A program made the position numbers and the translations under genes. A stretch of DNA of 62,906 bases from Desulfobulbaceae bacterium UBA5121 (GTDB taxonomy: Bacteria; Desulfobacterota; Desulfobulbia; Desulfobulbales; UBA5123): contig DHYV01000048.1 in the NCBI GenBank assembly GCA_002414225.1, positions 634-63,539 of the forward strand, read 5' to 3'. The notes under the pieces are model-generated. The model saw only the letters and a list, made by a program, of their open reading frames with translations. It had not been told where the DNA came from and ran no database searches. Within the stretch, counting starts at the first letter, position 1, and each line of letters begins with the position of its first letter. Shown one piece after another: positions 29,815-39,950 of the stretch.

Positions 29815-31536
29815 ATGCGCGATAAAGAAATCCTGAAAAAAACCATCCTTCTGGTCAAGCCGCATCTCGGCAGGCTCGGTATTGCCATGGTCAGCATGGT
29901 GGCCGTGGCCGGTCTGAGCGCCGCCCAGGCATACATGGTCAAGCCCCTGCTCGACGAGATCTTCTTCAAAAAAGACCACCTGATGCTCAACCTCCTGCCC
30001 CTGGCACTGGTGCTGCTCTTTCTGGTCAAGGGTTTTTTTTATTACTGTTACGCCTACATGATGGAGCGGGTGGGACACACCATCATCATGGAACTCCGCA
30101 AGAAGATGCTTCACCATGTCCAGCTGCTTCCGGCCCCCTTTTTCAACAAGACCACCACCGGCGAACTGATGTCCCGGATCACCTCCGACGTCATCCTCCT
30201 CCAGGCGGCGGTTTCTTCGACCCTGGTCGGCGTGCTGAAGGACTTCTTCCAGATCTTGGGCCTCCTCGGGGTCGTCTTCTACCAGGATTGGAAGCTTGCC
30301 CTGATGTCCATGATCTTCCTGCCCATGGCCACTTTCCCCATCGTCCACTTCGGCCGCAGGTACCGGCGGTTGAGCACCAAGGGGCAGGAAACCATGGCCG
30401 AGGTTTCCACCGTTCTCCACGAGGCCCTCGGCGGCAACCGCATCGTCAAGGCATTTTGCAAGGAGGAATACGAATACAACCGCTTCGCCGCCATCGTGGA
30501 CCGACTCTTCGGGATCACGGTGCGGGACATCCAGTTGCGGAGCCTGGCGCACCCGATCATGGAACTGTTGGGCGGCATCGGTATCGCGCTGATCATCTGG
30601 TATGGCGGCATGCAGGTGTTGAACGGCACGGCGACGCCGGGCACCTTTTTCTCCTTCCTCACCGCCCTGATCATGATCTACGAGCCCATAAAAAAGGTGA
30701 GCAGCATCAACAACACCCTCCAACAGGGGATCGCCGCCGCCGTCCGCGTCTTTACCCTCCTCGAAACCCGGCCCGAGCCGTACGACCCGCCTGGCGCCGT
30801 CACCATCCCCCCCATTGCCAAGGAGATCGAACTGCGCCACGTCTCCTTCAGCTACGACGACAACACCGAGGTCATCAAGGATCTCAACCTCACCGTCAGG
30901 GCGGGCGAGGTGCTTGCGCTGGTGGGCCCCAGCGGCGGCGGCAAGACGACGCTGGCCAATTTGATCCCCCGTTTCTACGAGGTGAGCCGCGGCCAGATCC
31001 TCATCGACGGCCACGATATCGCCCGGGCAACCCTCCCCTCCCTGCGCGGCCAGATCGGCCTGGTCACCCAGCAGACCATCCTCTTCAACGATACGGTGCG
31101 CAACAACATCTCCTACGGCGAACCGGATCGGACCGACGAGGAGGTCATTGCCGCGGCCAGGGCCGCCCACGCCCTGGAGTTCATCCGGGAGCTGCCCCAG
31201 GGGTTCGACACGGTGATCGGCGAGTCGGGCTCCCGGCTCTCCGGCGGCCAGCGGCAACGGATCTCCATTGCCCGGGCGCTCCTCAAGAACGCCCCCATCC
31301 TCATCCTCGACGAGGCGACCTCGGCGCTGGATACCGAGTCGGAGCGCGAGGTTCAGAAGGCGCTCGACAACCTCATGCAGGGCCGCACTACCTTTGTCAT
31401 CGCCCACCGGCTCTCCACCATCAAGAACGCCGACCGGATCATCGTCATGCAGGACGGACGCATCGCCGAAGAGGGCACCCACCAGAGCCTGCTGGCCCGA
31501 AACGGCCTTTACACGACGCTTCACGATATGCAGTGA
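29815..31536 (+). CDS. msbA: Lipid A export ABC transporter MsbA-like
   Basis: TMD plus GPSGGGKTT, LSGGQRQR, ILILDEATSALD; sits in the LPS cluster. Confidence 0.88.
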   Translation: MRDKEILKKTILLVKPHLGRLGIAMVSMVAVAGLSAAQAYMVKPLLDEIFFKKDHLMLNLLPLALVLLFLVKGFFYYCYAYMMERVGHTIIMELRKKMLHHVQLLPAPFFNKTTTGELMSRITSDVILLQAAVSSTLVGVLKDFFQILGLLGVVFYQDWKLALMSMIFLPMATFPIVHFGRRYRRLSTKGQETMAEVSTVLHEALGGNRIVKAFCKEEYEYNRFAAIVDRLFGITVRDIQLRSLAHPIMELLGGIGIALIIWYGGMQVLNGTATPGTFFSFLTALIMIYEPIKKVSSINNTLQQGIAAAVRVFTLLETRPEPYDPPGAVTIPPIAKEIELRHVSFSYDDNTEVIKDLNLTVRAGEVLALVGPSGGGKTTLANLIPRFYEVSRGQILIDGHDIARATLPSLRGQIGLVTQQTILFNDTVRNNISYGEPDRTDEEVIAAARAAHALEFIRELPQGFDTVIGESGSRLSGGQRQRISIARALLKNAPILILDEATSALDTESEREVQKALDNLMQGRTTFVIAHRLSTIKNADRIIVMQDGRIAEEGTHQSLLARNGLYTTLHDMQ

Positions 31537-31674
31537 ACCGGCTGAGGAATACGCCGATGCAGAACGGCATTCCCACCAGCCATCGCCAACGCGTGTCCCT
31601 CCCCTTGGAACGACGGACCCCTGCCGACCCCGTCGTTGCGGGCCGCCACATCATCTGACAGGGCCTTCACCGCC

Positions 31675-32637
31675 ATGCCACAATGCCGTATCTGCCACAA
31701 CACCGCCGGCAACACCCCCTATTCGGTCCGCGAAATGATGTTCGGCCAGGGAGAACGGTTCGACTACTTCCAGTGCCACCGGTGCGGGTGCCTGCAGATT
31801 AACGAGATCCCCACCGACCTGAGCCGCTTCTACCCGGAAAACTATTACTCCTACCAGGCCCCGCCGGTCCTCGCCGACAACCCGCTCAAATCCTTCCTCA
31901 AACGCCGCCGCGCCGCCGCCGGCCTGGGGCGGGGCAATCTTCTCGACCGGCTGCTCGCCGCGGTGTACCGGCCGCCCGACTACTTCACCTGGTTCCGCCG
32001 CATGGGCCTTGCCCGCGACGCGGCCGTCCTCGACGTGGGCTGCGGCATCGGCCACCTGCTCCTCAGGATGCGCAAGGACGGCTTCACTACTCTGAGCGGA
32101 ACCGACCCCTTTGTCGGCAAACCCATTACCTACGCAAACGGAGTGACCATCCACGACCGCGAGCTCGCCGATCTTGACGGCCCCTTCGACTGCGTCATGC
32201 TCCATCACTCATTTGAACACATGCCCGAACCCTTGCTGGCCCTGCGGGAGATCGCCCGACTGCTGCACCGCGACCGCTACGCCCTGATCCGCATCCCGGT
32301 GGCCTCTTCCTATGCCTGGCGCCACTACCGGGAGGACTGGTTCAACCTGGACGCCCCGCGCCACCTCCACCTCCACTCCCTGGCCAGCATGACGCGACTG
32401 GCCGAGGCGGCCGGCTTCACCGTGGCCGAGGTGGTTTTCGACTCCGACGAGGACCAGTTCTGGGGCAGCGAGCAGTACCGCCGTGGCATCCCGCTGCGCG
32501 ATCCACGCTCCCATGCCGAAAACCGCCGCGCCTCACTGTTCAGCAAGGGGGAAATCCGCGCCTTCCGGCGCCGGGCCGCCCGCCTGAACCAAGACAACGA
32601 CGGCGACACGGCCTGTTTCTACCTCTACAAACCTTGA
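31675..32637 (+). CDS. Class I SAM methyltransferase with N-terminal Zn-ribbon
   Basis: CRIC..CHRC; VLDVGCGIG; HSFEH; DAPRH. Confidence 0.9.
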   Translation: MPQCRICHNTAGNTPYSVREMMFGQGERFDYFQCHRCGCLQINEIPTDLSRFYPENYYSYQAPPVLADNPLKSFLKRRRAAAGLGRGNLLDRLLAAVYRPPDYFTWFRRMGLARDAAVLDVGCGIGHLLLRMRKDGFTTLSGTDPFVGKPITYANGVTIHDRELADLDGPFDCVMLHHSFEHMPEPLLALREIARLLHRDRYALIRIPVASSYAWRHYREDWFNLDAPRHLHLHSLASMTRLAEAAGFTVAEVVFDSDEDQFWGSEQYRRGIPLRDPRSHAENRRASLFSKGEIRAFRRRAARLNQDNDGDTACFYLYKP

Positions 32638-34013
32638 GGAAACGCGTTCCCGTGGCAGAGGAAACCGACGTGCAGCAGCAGAAGATGGCCCCGACCAGCC
32701 GCCGCCCCCAGACTTGGTTCATCGTCGCCCACTGCTTCAACATGGACGGGCGGGCGGCGAGCCAGACCATCACCGACCGCCTGCCGCTCCTCATGGCCGG
32801 CGGGGTGACACCGGTGGTGCTCAGTGCTCCCACCGGCAGCAAGGACCGCCGCTTCCCCCACTACCGCGTCCTCTCGCCGGCACCGTCCGGCTTCCTCTTC
32901 GAACTCCGCCACCTCATCGGTCGCCACCTCCGCAGCCGGGCCGGGCAGCTGCTGCTCAAGGCCCTGCTCACCATCGCCTGCCTGCCCTTCTACCTGCTCG
33001 AAAAGATCTTCATCCACCTGGACAGCCAGTGGTCGTGGTTCCTCGGCGCGGCGGTCGAGGCCCTGTTCATCGTCCGCCGCCATCGGCCAGACATCATCTA
33101 CACCACCGCCGGCCCCCCCACCACCCACGTGGTGGGCTTTCTCATCCACAGGCTCTGCGGCCTGCCGTGGCTTGCCGAGGTCCACGACCCGCTGGTTTAC
33201 GACGACGAGCCACGGGGCCGGCAGCGGTACCGGTTCCGCAACTTGATCGAGGGGCTGATAAGCCGCCATGCCGACGCAGTGATCTACTTCACCGACCAGG
33301 CTCTGGCCCATGCCCAACGCCGCCACCCCTTCAGAGGCCGCACCCACGTCCTCCGGCCCGGAGCCGCGGCCCCTGCCCTCACCGGCCCGGCCTATGCGCC
33401 AGGCCGTGAGTTTCATCTCGGCCACTTCGGCTCGCTGGCCGAGGAGCGCAACCTGGCCGGAATTTTCAACGCCCTCCACGGGCTGCTGCAGGCCACGCCC
33501 CGCTGGCAGGAAACCCTCCGTGTCGATGTCTACGGCGCCCAACTCGATCCCGTCTCCCGCCGGACTCTCGCCGCCCTGCCACTCCCAGGCACGGTGGTGG
33601 AACACGGCCGACTCGAATTCGACCCGCGCACCGGCAAGTCCGGCCGCCAACAGGTGGCGGAGGCGATGCGCTGCTGCGACGTTCTGCTCCTCGTCCACGG
33701 CGAGGGGACGGTCTGCGATCAGTACATCCCCTCCAAGCTCTACGAATACCTCCACGCCCACCGGCCCATTCTCGGCATCGCCGCCCCGGGTTCCGAACTT
33801 GAGCAAATCCTCCGGGCCTGCGGCCACCCCGTGGTCCCGCCGAATGATGACGCCGGCCTCCGGCAGGCCCTGGCCGATCTCGTCGGTCGCTGGGAGACCA
33901 TCGGCCTGCCGGACACTGCCGCCGCCTCACCGTTCACCATCGATGCGGCCGTCGAGCGGCTGCGCCAAATTGCCGCCGCCATTGCCGATGACGGCCAGGC
34001 CCCAACCCGTTGA
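32634..34013 (+). CDS. Glycosyltransferase, GT-B/GT4-like (start may be 32685)
   Basis: EVHDP, HFGSL, IPSKLYEYL motifs. Confidence 0.85.
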   Translation: MRKRVPVAEETDVQQQKMAPTSRRPQTWFIVAHCFNMDGRAASQTITDRLPLLMAGGVTPVVLSAPTGSKDRRFPHYRVLSPAPSGFLFELRHLIGRHLRSRAGQLLLKALLTIACLPFYLLEKIFIHLDSQWSWFLGAAVEALFIVRRHRPDIIYTTAGPPTTHVVGFLIHRLCGLPWLAEVHDPLVYDDEPRGRQRYRFRNLIEGLISRHADAVIYFTDQALAHAQRRHPFRGRTHVLRPGAAAPALTGPAYAPGREFHLGHFGSLAEERNLAGIFNALHGLLQATPRWQETLRVDVYGAQLDPVSRRTLAALPLPGTVVEHGRLEFDPRTGKSGRQQVAEAMRCCDVLLLVHGEGTVCDQYIPSKLYEYLHAHRPILGIAAPGSELEQILRACGHPVVPPNDDAGLRQALADLVGRWETIGLPDTAAASPFTIDAAVERLRQIAAAIADDGQAPTR

Positions 34014-34978
34014 GGACCATCCCAATGCCCTTTCGCGCCTCAATCATCATCGTCAGCTACAACAACTTCGACACCACCACCGGCCCCTGCCTTGAAAGCC
34101 TGCTCGCCGACCCGGACAACGGGAGCTTCGAGATCGTGATCATTGACAACGCCTCAAGCGATGGCACCCCGGAACGGTTGCTCGCCATGGCAGAGGGACG
34201 CGACAACCTGCGGCTGCTGCTCAACAAGGAAAATCGGGGCTGGGGGGGCGGCACCAATGACGGGGCCAGAGTCGGCCGAGGTGAATTCCTCGTCCTGCTC
34301 AACAGCGACACGGTGGTGCCGGCCGGGGCGATCGGCCACCTCTGCGACCTGATGGCTGCCCATCCCGACTGGGGGCTCCTGGGTCCGGTGACCAACGCCG
34401 CCGGCACGGAACAGAAGATCTTCACTGCCGGCGACTCACCGGCAACGATCATCGAAGAGGGAGAAAAGTGGTGCCGCCACGCCCGGGGGATGAGTTACCC
34501 CTCGGAACGGCTTGACTTTTACTGCGTGGTGATCCGGAAAAAACACTTCGAGGAGATCGGCGGCCTGGACGAAGCGTACGGCCTGGGATACTTCGAGGAC
34601 ACGGATTTTTCCCTGCGGGCCAAGATGACAGGGCTTACCATGATGGTAAGCGAGGAGGTTTTTGTCTACCACCGGGGCAGCGAGAGCTTCTCCAAACTCA
34701 AAAAAAAATTCGTCAAAAAATTGATGCGCGCCAACCGCAGGAAACTGCAAAAGAAGTTCCCCGGTCAGGTGAAGCTCTACAACCAGCGCGACCGCAACCT
34801 GCAGGTGCTCAAAGAGTACGCGCGCCGCAGCCAGGCCACGGCACCTGCCGGAGCGGACCTCGGCTACCTGTTCGACAACCGCATGCGCCTGGCGCGCACC
34901 CTCTTCCCCAACAACCCCATCAAAAAAGGCGTCTACGCGCTGCAGCTCCGCCGCCTGGCCAGGACATTCCGGCGCTAG
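34010..34978 (+). CDS. GT2 glycosyltransferase (rhamnosyltransferase-like; start may be 34025)
   Basis: SIIIVSYN, IDNASSDGT, LLNSD, YFEDTDF. Confidence 0.9.
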   Translation: MRTIPMPFRASIIIVSYNNFDTTTGPCLESLLADPDNGSFEIVIIDNASSDGTPERLLAMAEGRDNLRLLLNKENRGWGGGTNDGARVGRGEFLVLLNSDTVVPAGAIGHLCDLMAAHPDWGLLGPVTNAAGTEQKIFTAGDSPATIIEEGEKWCRHARGMSYPSERLDFYCVVIRKKHFEEIGGLDEAYGLGYFEDTDFSLRAKMTGLTMMVSEEVFVYHRGSESFSKLKKKFVKKLMRANRRKLQKKFPGQVKLYNQRDRNLQVLKEYARRSQATAPAGADLGYLFDNRMRLARTLFPNNPIKKGVYALQLRRLARTFRR

Positions 34979-35847
34979 CCCTTCCCCTGCAACCGTTTCC
35001 GAAACTTCCGCCAGCCGCCTTCCTTGGGCGGTCGCGGCCGCGCCCAGTTGGACTGGAGGATCACCCCGAAGTACCCCTGAACGGCATAGGTATGGTCCCA
35101 CTCGCCCATGGCCTGAGCCTCGAAGAACTGCTCCGGATAATGGAAAACCTTGAACAACGGCTCGATGGGGTGAAGAGGAATGGCCCGGCTGGACAGGAGG
35201 TATTCGCCATAGAGGACAATCTCCGATTGGGACTGCAGCAACCCGTCGACGATGGTCCGGTATCGCGGTTGCAACCAGTCATTGGCGAGTCCCGCCAGAA
35301 CCCGACAGGACCAGAGCACCGGACAGGGGCCGAAATCATGACAGACGCCGTTGCGGCCGAACATGGCCTGATTCTTCCGTGACAGACGTTCGAAGTCCTC
35401 GATGAGGCGCGGCCGGTGGTGTTTGCGGGCGTAGTCGCGGAACTCCCGGCCGTCGTTCATCACCGTCAACAGGGTGCCGTCGGTGGCGAAGAAATCGCTG
35501 GCCCGGAACTCCCGGATGAAGTAGCCGTCCGAATCAAGCCACAGGTAGTTTTCACAGGCGCCGAGCCGCCAGAACTCGAGCTTGACGAGCTGCTGCAGAA
35601 GATGGCCTGGAAACGACGGAGGCAGCGGGCCGTTCACCTGCGCGCCGGCGGCCACCACCTCCTCGTCGGTGACGAACCGGCAGGGGATGGCGCCGAAACA
35701 TTCCCGGAATGCCGGCAGGTCGCTCGCCGGCACCGAGATGTAGAGCGGCAGCCGATCGGCGTTGTAAAGGGCGACACTCTCCGCCATGCGCCGGGCGCGG
35801 AGCATGTCCGGACCGTAGGACTTACAGAAGAGCACCAGCTTATCCAT
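34975..35847 (-). CDS. DUF6492-like protein (putative GT-A fold)
   Basis: LFCKSY..QQLVKL..LWLDSD (DxD) pattern; LPS context. Confidence 0.7.
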   Translation of the reverse strand: MDKLVLFCKSYGPDMLRARRMAESVALYNADRLPLYISVPASDLPAFRECFGAIPCRFVTDEEVVAAGAQVNGPLPPSFPGHLLQQLVKLEFWRLGACENYLWLDSDGYFIREFRASDFFATDGTLLTVMNDGREFRDYARKHHRPRLIEDFERLSRKNQAMFGRNGVCHDFGPCPVLWSCRVLAGLANDWLQPRYRTIVDGLLQSQSEIVLYGEYLLSSRAIPLHPIEPLFKVFHYPEQFFEAQAMGEWDHTYAVQGYFGVILQSNWARPRPPKEGGWRKFRKRLQGKG

Positions 35848-36643
35848 CGCCCCCCCCCAGGTACTGCCGGATGCCGTGGACGCACCAACTCGTCTTGTCG
35901 CGCACCACCGCGTCGAGCAGGGTGTCGTTTTCCGGCAGCCGCTCCCGGGACTGGACCGGATGATAGAGGTGGTAGGCGTTGGCCATGAACTTCAGGGTAT
36001 AGCGACGGATGCCGTGGTTGAGGAGACGGGCGGCATACTCGCTGTCCTCGCGGCCCCAGCCGACGAAGTCCTCGTTGAAGCCGTTCACCGCCAGGGCATC
36101 GCGCCGCCAGAAGCCGAAGTTGCAGGTCTTGATACCGGAGAGCCCCTGCCGGCGATGGGAAAAAAGAGCCGAGAGCAGCGGCGAACGGATGCAGTTCTTG
36201 CGGTTTTCGATACCCCTGGCCCACGGGGAGACACGGCACGAGCCGTCCCGAAGGAGCTGGGCGGTGCGTTCGGCGGTAAGCAGCACCCGGGAGCCCTGGA
36301 CAAAAAAGCCGGGCCGGGCCGCGGCCAGGTGGTCGGCGATGAAATGGGGGCCAAGCAGGATGTCGCCGTCAACGAGCACCACGTAGTCGCTGCCCGCCCG
36401 GGCAATGGCGCGGTTCCTGCTCATGGCGGCCCGGAACCCCTTGTCCTCCTGCCAGGAGTGGAGCAGCGGCACCGGGCTGCGGCCGGCAAAGTCGGCCACC
36501 AGGGCAGCGGTATCGGGCCGCGATCCGTCGTCGGCCACGATGATTTCGTCGGCCAGCCGGCTCTGGGCCAGGGCACTCGCCAGCACCAGGGCCAGGGCCT
36601 CCTTCCAGTTGTAGGTGGTCACCACCAGGGAAACGGTCGTCAT
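35840..36643 (-). CDS. GT2 glycosyltransferase
   Basis: SLVVTTYN, ADDGS, VDGD, NGFNEDFVGWGREDSE. Confidence 0.92.
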   Translation of the reverse strand: MTTVSLVVTTYNWKEALALVLASALAQSRLADEIIVADDGSRPDTAALVADFAGRSPVPLLHSWQEDKGFRAAMSRNRAIARAGSDYVVLVDGDILLGPHFIADHLAAARPGFFVQGSRVLLTAERTAQLLRDGSCRVSPWARGIENRKNCIRSPLLSALFSHRRQGLSGIKTCNFGFWRRDALAVNGFNEDFVGWGREDSEYAARLLNHGIRRYTLKFMANAYHLYHPVQSRERLPENDTLLDAVVRDKTSWCVHGIRQYLGGGDG

Positions 36644-37455
36644 CGTTCTTGCTGCTCTCCGCCGGGGCGGGTCAATGGCGGACTCGCCGGAGGCCGCCAG
36701 CCCGCCTGCCTTTCGTGGAGCTTGGCGTAGCGGTAAAGGGTGCCTTCGAAGTTACCGAAGGCGATCATGAAGCCGGCCCAACCGTCGAGAAGGCCCAGTT
36801 TGAAGAGATAGTGCTGGACAAAGGCCCAGAAGGCATGACCAAGCGCCGTGGCCATGCCCGCCCGGCGGCCCGCTTGGGCAAGCTTGATGGCCCCCAGGGA
36901 CGAATAGCGGTTCGCCTTGTGGAGGATTTCTTCGAAATTCTTGAACGGCTGCTGCCAGATGGCGTTCCTGAGATAGGCCGCCGGTTGTCCGCTCCGCAGT
37001 TCGTAGCGCTCGTGCACCGCGTCCGGGGCAAAGACCAGGGCGCCCTGGCGGAAGAGCTGCGGCTGCCGGTAATCGGGGTAATAGCCCGAGTGCCTGATCC
37101 AGCGGCCCATGAAGAAGTTCTGGCGGGGAACGAAGTAGGCGTCGGCGGCGGCCCCGGAACCGATGACGGCCAGGATCTCGTCGCGCACCGCCGCGGTGCA
37201 GCGCTCGTCGGCATCCAGGCTGAATATCCAGGGATGTTCGCAGGCGGCCATGGCCCGGTTGCGCAGGTCGCCGAAGCCGTTGAAATCCACCTGGACCACC
37301 CGCGCGCCCAGGGACCGGGCAACATCGGCGGTGTCGTCGACGCTGTGGGAGTCCACCACCACCACCTCGTCGGCCCAGAGGACGCTGTTCACCGCGTCCC
37401 GGATCTTCTCCGCCTCGTTGTAGGCGATGATATAGGCTGAAATCTTCTCCATCAT
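36640..37455 (-). CDS. GT2 LPS core glycosyltransferase (WaaE/KdtX-like)
   Basis: IAYNE, VVDSHSVDDT, SLDADE, YPDY, VHE, LDGWAG. Confidence 0.9.
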   Translation of the reverse strand: MMEKISAYIIAYNEAEKIRDAVNSVLWADEVVVVDSHSVDDTADVARSLGARVVQVDFNGFGDLRNRAMAACEHPWIFSLDADERCTAAVRDEILAVIGSGAAADAYFVPRQNFFMGRWIRHSGYYPDYRQPQLFRQGALVFAPDAVHERYELRSGQPAAYLRNAIWQQPFKNFEEILHKANRYSSLGAIKLAQAGRRAGMATALGHAFWAFVQHYLFKLGLLDGWAGFMIAFGNFEGTLYRYAKLHERQAGWRPPASPPLTRPGGEQQER

Positions 37456-38600
37456 CCTGCCATCCCGGAATCGCGACGGGCCTTGTCGGCCGCGATCCGG
37501 TAGTAGAGTTCTTCATGGGCCAGGGCCACCGCATCCCAGCTGAAGGCCAGGGCGGTTTCCCGGGCCTTTTCTCCCATGCGGCGCCGCAGGACCGGGTCCA
37601 TGCAGGTGGCGAGCGCGCCCTTGAGTTCGGTGGCGTCCCGGACGACAAGGCCGTTTGCCCCATGGTCGATGAGGGCCGCGACCCCGGCGTTGGCAGTAAC
37701 CACGGCGGGAATTCCGCAGGACATCGCCTCAAGAACGCTCATCCCGAATGCCTCGGACAACGACGGCAGGGCCACGACATCGGCGGCACCATAGTAGGAG
37801 CGGACATCGCTGGCAAGTCCCGCGAAATGCACCCGGCCGTCAAGACCGCACTCCCGCACCAGCCGTTGGTAGTGCTCCAGCCGTTCGCCGGACCCCACCA
37901 CCACCAGCCGCATGCGGTCGCCAACGGCGGGGATGAGCTGATCCAGCCCCTTGCGTCGGAACTCGGAGCCGACAAAGAGGACCACCACCTCCCCCTCGCC
38001 GCAGCCGAGCCGCACCCTGGCCTGATGGCGGTTGGCCGCCACCCAGGAGGGCGCGAACCACTGGGTATCGACCCCGGGCGGAATCACCGCCACCTGCTCC
38101 TCGCGGCCGTAATGGCAGCGGATATCCTCCCGGATCCGCTCCGAAACCGCCACCAGCCACGGCGAACGCATCTGCCGGCGCTCAAGCCACAGATAGAGGG
38201 CGTTGCGCGGGCTGAAGTAAAGCTGGTCGATCCGGCGCAGACCGGTGTACTTGCCAAGACCGCAGCGATGCGAAAAGCAGTGCATGGTGAGCACGTCCTG
38301 GCAGTAGCCCCGCTCGTGGGAGTGAACGACATCGTAGCGGCGGCCCTGGAGCAGCCGCGCGGTCTCCCGGGCAAAGGCCAGGGCGCTCCCGACACTCGAA
38401 TAACGGAATCTACTGGAAACCTCAACAAAATTAGCGCCGGGCAACAGGTCGCGGTCCACCTCGCGGCCGTAGAGATCCACCCGATGGCCCCGCTCCAGCA
38501 TCCGCCGCGCCACCTCAACCGCGTACCGCTCCATACCACCGGTACGGCGGAAACTCTTGGCGAGCACGGCAATGGTCAACTTCCCGGCCGTCTCGGTCAT
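37452..38600 (-). CDS. GT4 LPS core glycosyltransferase
   Basis: GGMERY, FVGSEFRRKGL, EAFGMSVLEAM; start 38600 (alternative 38657). Confidence 0.9.
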   Translation of the reverse strand: MTETAGKLTIAVLAKSFRRTGGMERYAVEVARRMLERGHRVDLYGREVDRDLLPGANFVEVSSRFRYSSVGSALAFARETARLLQGRRYDVVHSHERGYCQDVLTMHCFSHRCGLGKYTGLRRIDQLYFSPRNALYLWLERRQMRSPWLVAVSERIREDIRCHYGREEQVAVIPPGVDTQWFAPSWVAANRHQARVRLGCGEGEVVVLFVGSEFRRKGLDQLIPAVGDRMRLVVVGSGERLEHYQRLVRECGLDGRVHFAGLASDVRSYYGAADVVALPSLSEAFGMSVLEAMSCGIPAVVTANAGVAALIDHGANGLVVRDATELKGALATCMDPVLRRRMGEKARETALAFSWDAVALAHEELYYRIAADKARRDSGMAG

Positions 38601-38673
38601 CAGCTCCACTCCTCGCCGGGCCGAAGCCATGGCGGCACCGTCAGCCGTTGACTGCATCTTCCCCTGCCCCTGA

Positions 38674-39927
38674 TCACGGTGCCGGCCCCCCCGCCGCCGG
38701 TATCGCAACCGAGGCCGTCCCGGCCGTTGCCTGCCGATTGAGCCACCAGAGGATGGTGACCATGGCGCAGATGGAGTAAAAAACCACGTCGCCGCCATGG
38801 AAAAAGGCCGGCTCCACCATGCCCTTGACCACGAACATCAGCCACAGGGAGAGCGAACACTGCCCCCAGCCGCGAATAAAGCAGTCGCCGCCGAATCGGA
38901 GGAGCTGCCAGGCGGTCCTGGCAAGCACGCCATGCAAAAAGATGAACAGCAGAACACCCAGAACACCGGTGCGCACCGCCACACTGAGGAGCATGTTGTG
39001 CGGCCAGAGGAAGGGCACGACGTCACGGTACCTTTCCGGAATCCGCGCCTTGTACTTGTCCGGATCGATGAGGTGGTGGTTGTGGAAGGTATCGATGGAG
39101 AATCCGGTGCCAAACAGCGGGTAATCCTTGACGATCTCAGTGGAGTAAAGGATGAGGCCGATACGGTCGGCAGAGGTGGAAATCCGCTCCTGGACCGGTT
39201 TGGCGGTAAGAAAGAGCGCGAAAAGGAGCACCAGGGCGACCAGCACCTTGACGTTCCTGAAGTTGAGCACCACAAAGGAAACCGCCAGGGCCAGAACCGT
39301 TCCCCGGGACTGGGACAACAGCGAGGCGGCCACCGAAACCACGCAACAGAACGCCGCCACCGCCCTGAGCGCCCCCTGACGGGCGGAACGCAGCTGCTGC
39401 CAGGCAAGCAACGCACTGAGGACGGTGGTGAAGCCCAGCTGGTTCACGGAGTAATAGGTCAAATCCAAGGCGAGCCGGGTGGTCAGGGGTTCTCCCCGGA
39501 TGCCGTAGTAGTAGACCATCATGGACGCGGACAGGACGGCCCCGGAAACGGTAAAGATCCAGGCCAGCCAGACAAGCCGCTGACGGGAACGAAAAAAGTT
39601 GAAGAGGAGGAGGTAGAGGATGAGATACTTCAGGTAATGGGCATAGAAGTCACTCAAGCTGTCGCGCACGTCCAGGGCAAAGACGACGCTCACCGCGGCC
39701 CAGGCCCCGAAAAGGACAAAAGGGAGGAGCAACGGGGTCTGGAAAACGAGCCTGTCACCCCGACGGGCCACTTCACAGGCCCCGAACAGGGCCAGGTAAA
39801 AGCTCACCTCCAGGATCGTCTGGGTATGGGCAAAGGGCGACAGGAAGGTCTGCAGCCCCAGGAAAGCCATGATCGACCAGGCGAGACGCCCAGTCGCCAG
39901 CCCCTCTTCCTCAACGATTGCGTTCAA
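38674..39927 (-). CDS. waaL: O-antigen ligase family protein
   Basis: Multi-TM; SQSRG, PLFGTG, PHNMLL motifs. Confidence 0.85.
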   Translation of the reverse strand: MNAIVEEEGLATGRLAWSIMAFLGLQTFLSPFAHTQTILEVSFYLALFGACEVARRGDRLVFQTPLLLPFVLFGAWAAVSVVFALDVRDSLSDFYAHYLKYLILYLLLFNFFRSRQRLVWLAWIFTVSGAVLSASMMVYYYGIRGEPLTTRLALDLTYYSVNQLGFTTVLSALLAWQQLRSARQGALRAVAAFCCVVSVAASLLSQSRGTVLALAVSFVVLNFRNVKVLVALVLLFALFLTAKPVQERISTSADRIGLILYSTEIVKDYPLFGTGFSIDTFHNHHLIDPDKYKARIPERYRDVVPFLWPHNMLLSVAVRTGVLGVLLFIFLHGVLARTAWQLLRFGGDCFIRGWGQCSLSLWLMFVVKGMVEPAFFHGGDVVFYSICAMVTILWWLNRQATAGTASVAIPAAGGPAP

Positions 39928-39950
39928 ACATACTCCCTTCTGCTCAAGGA

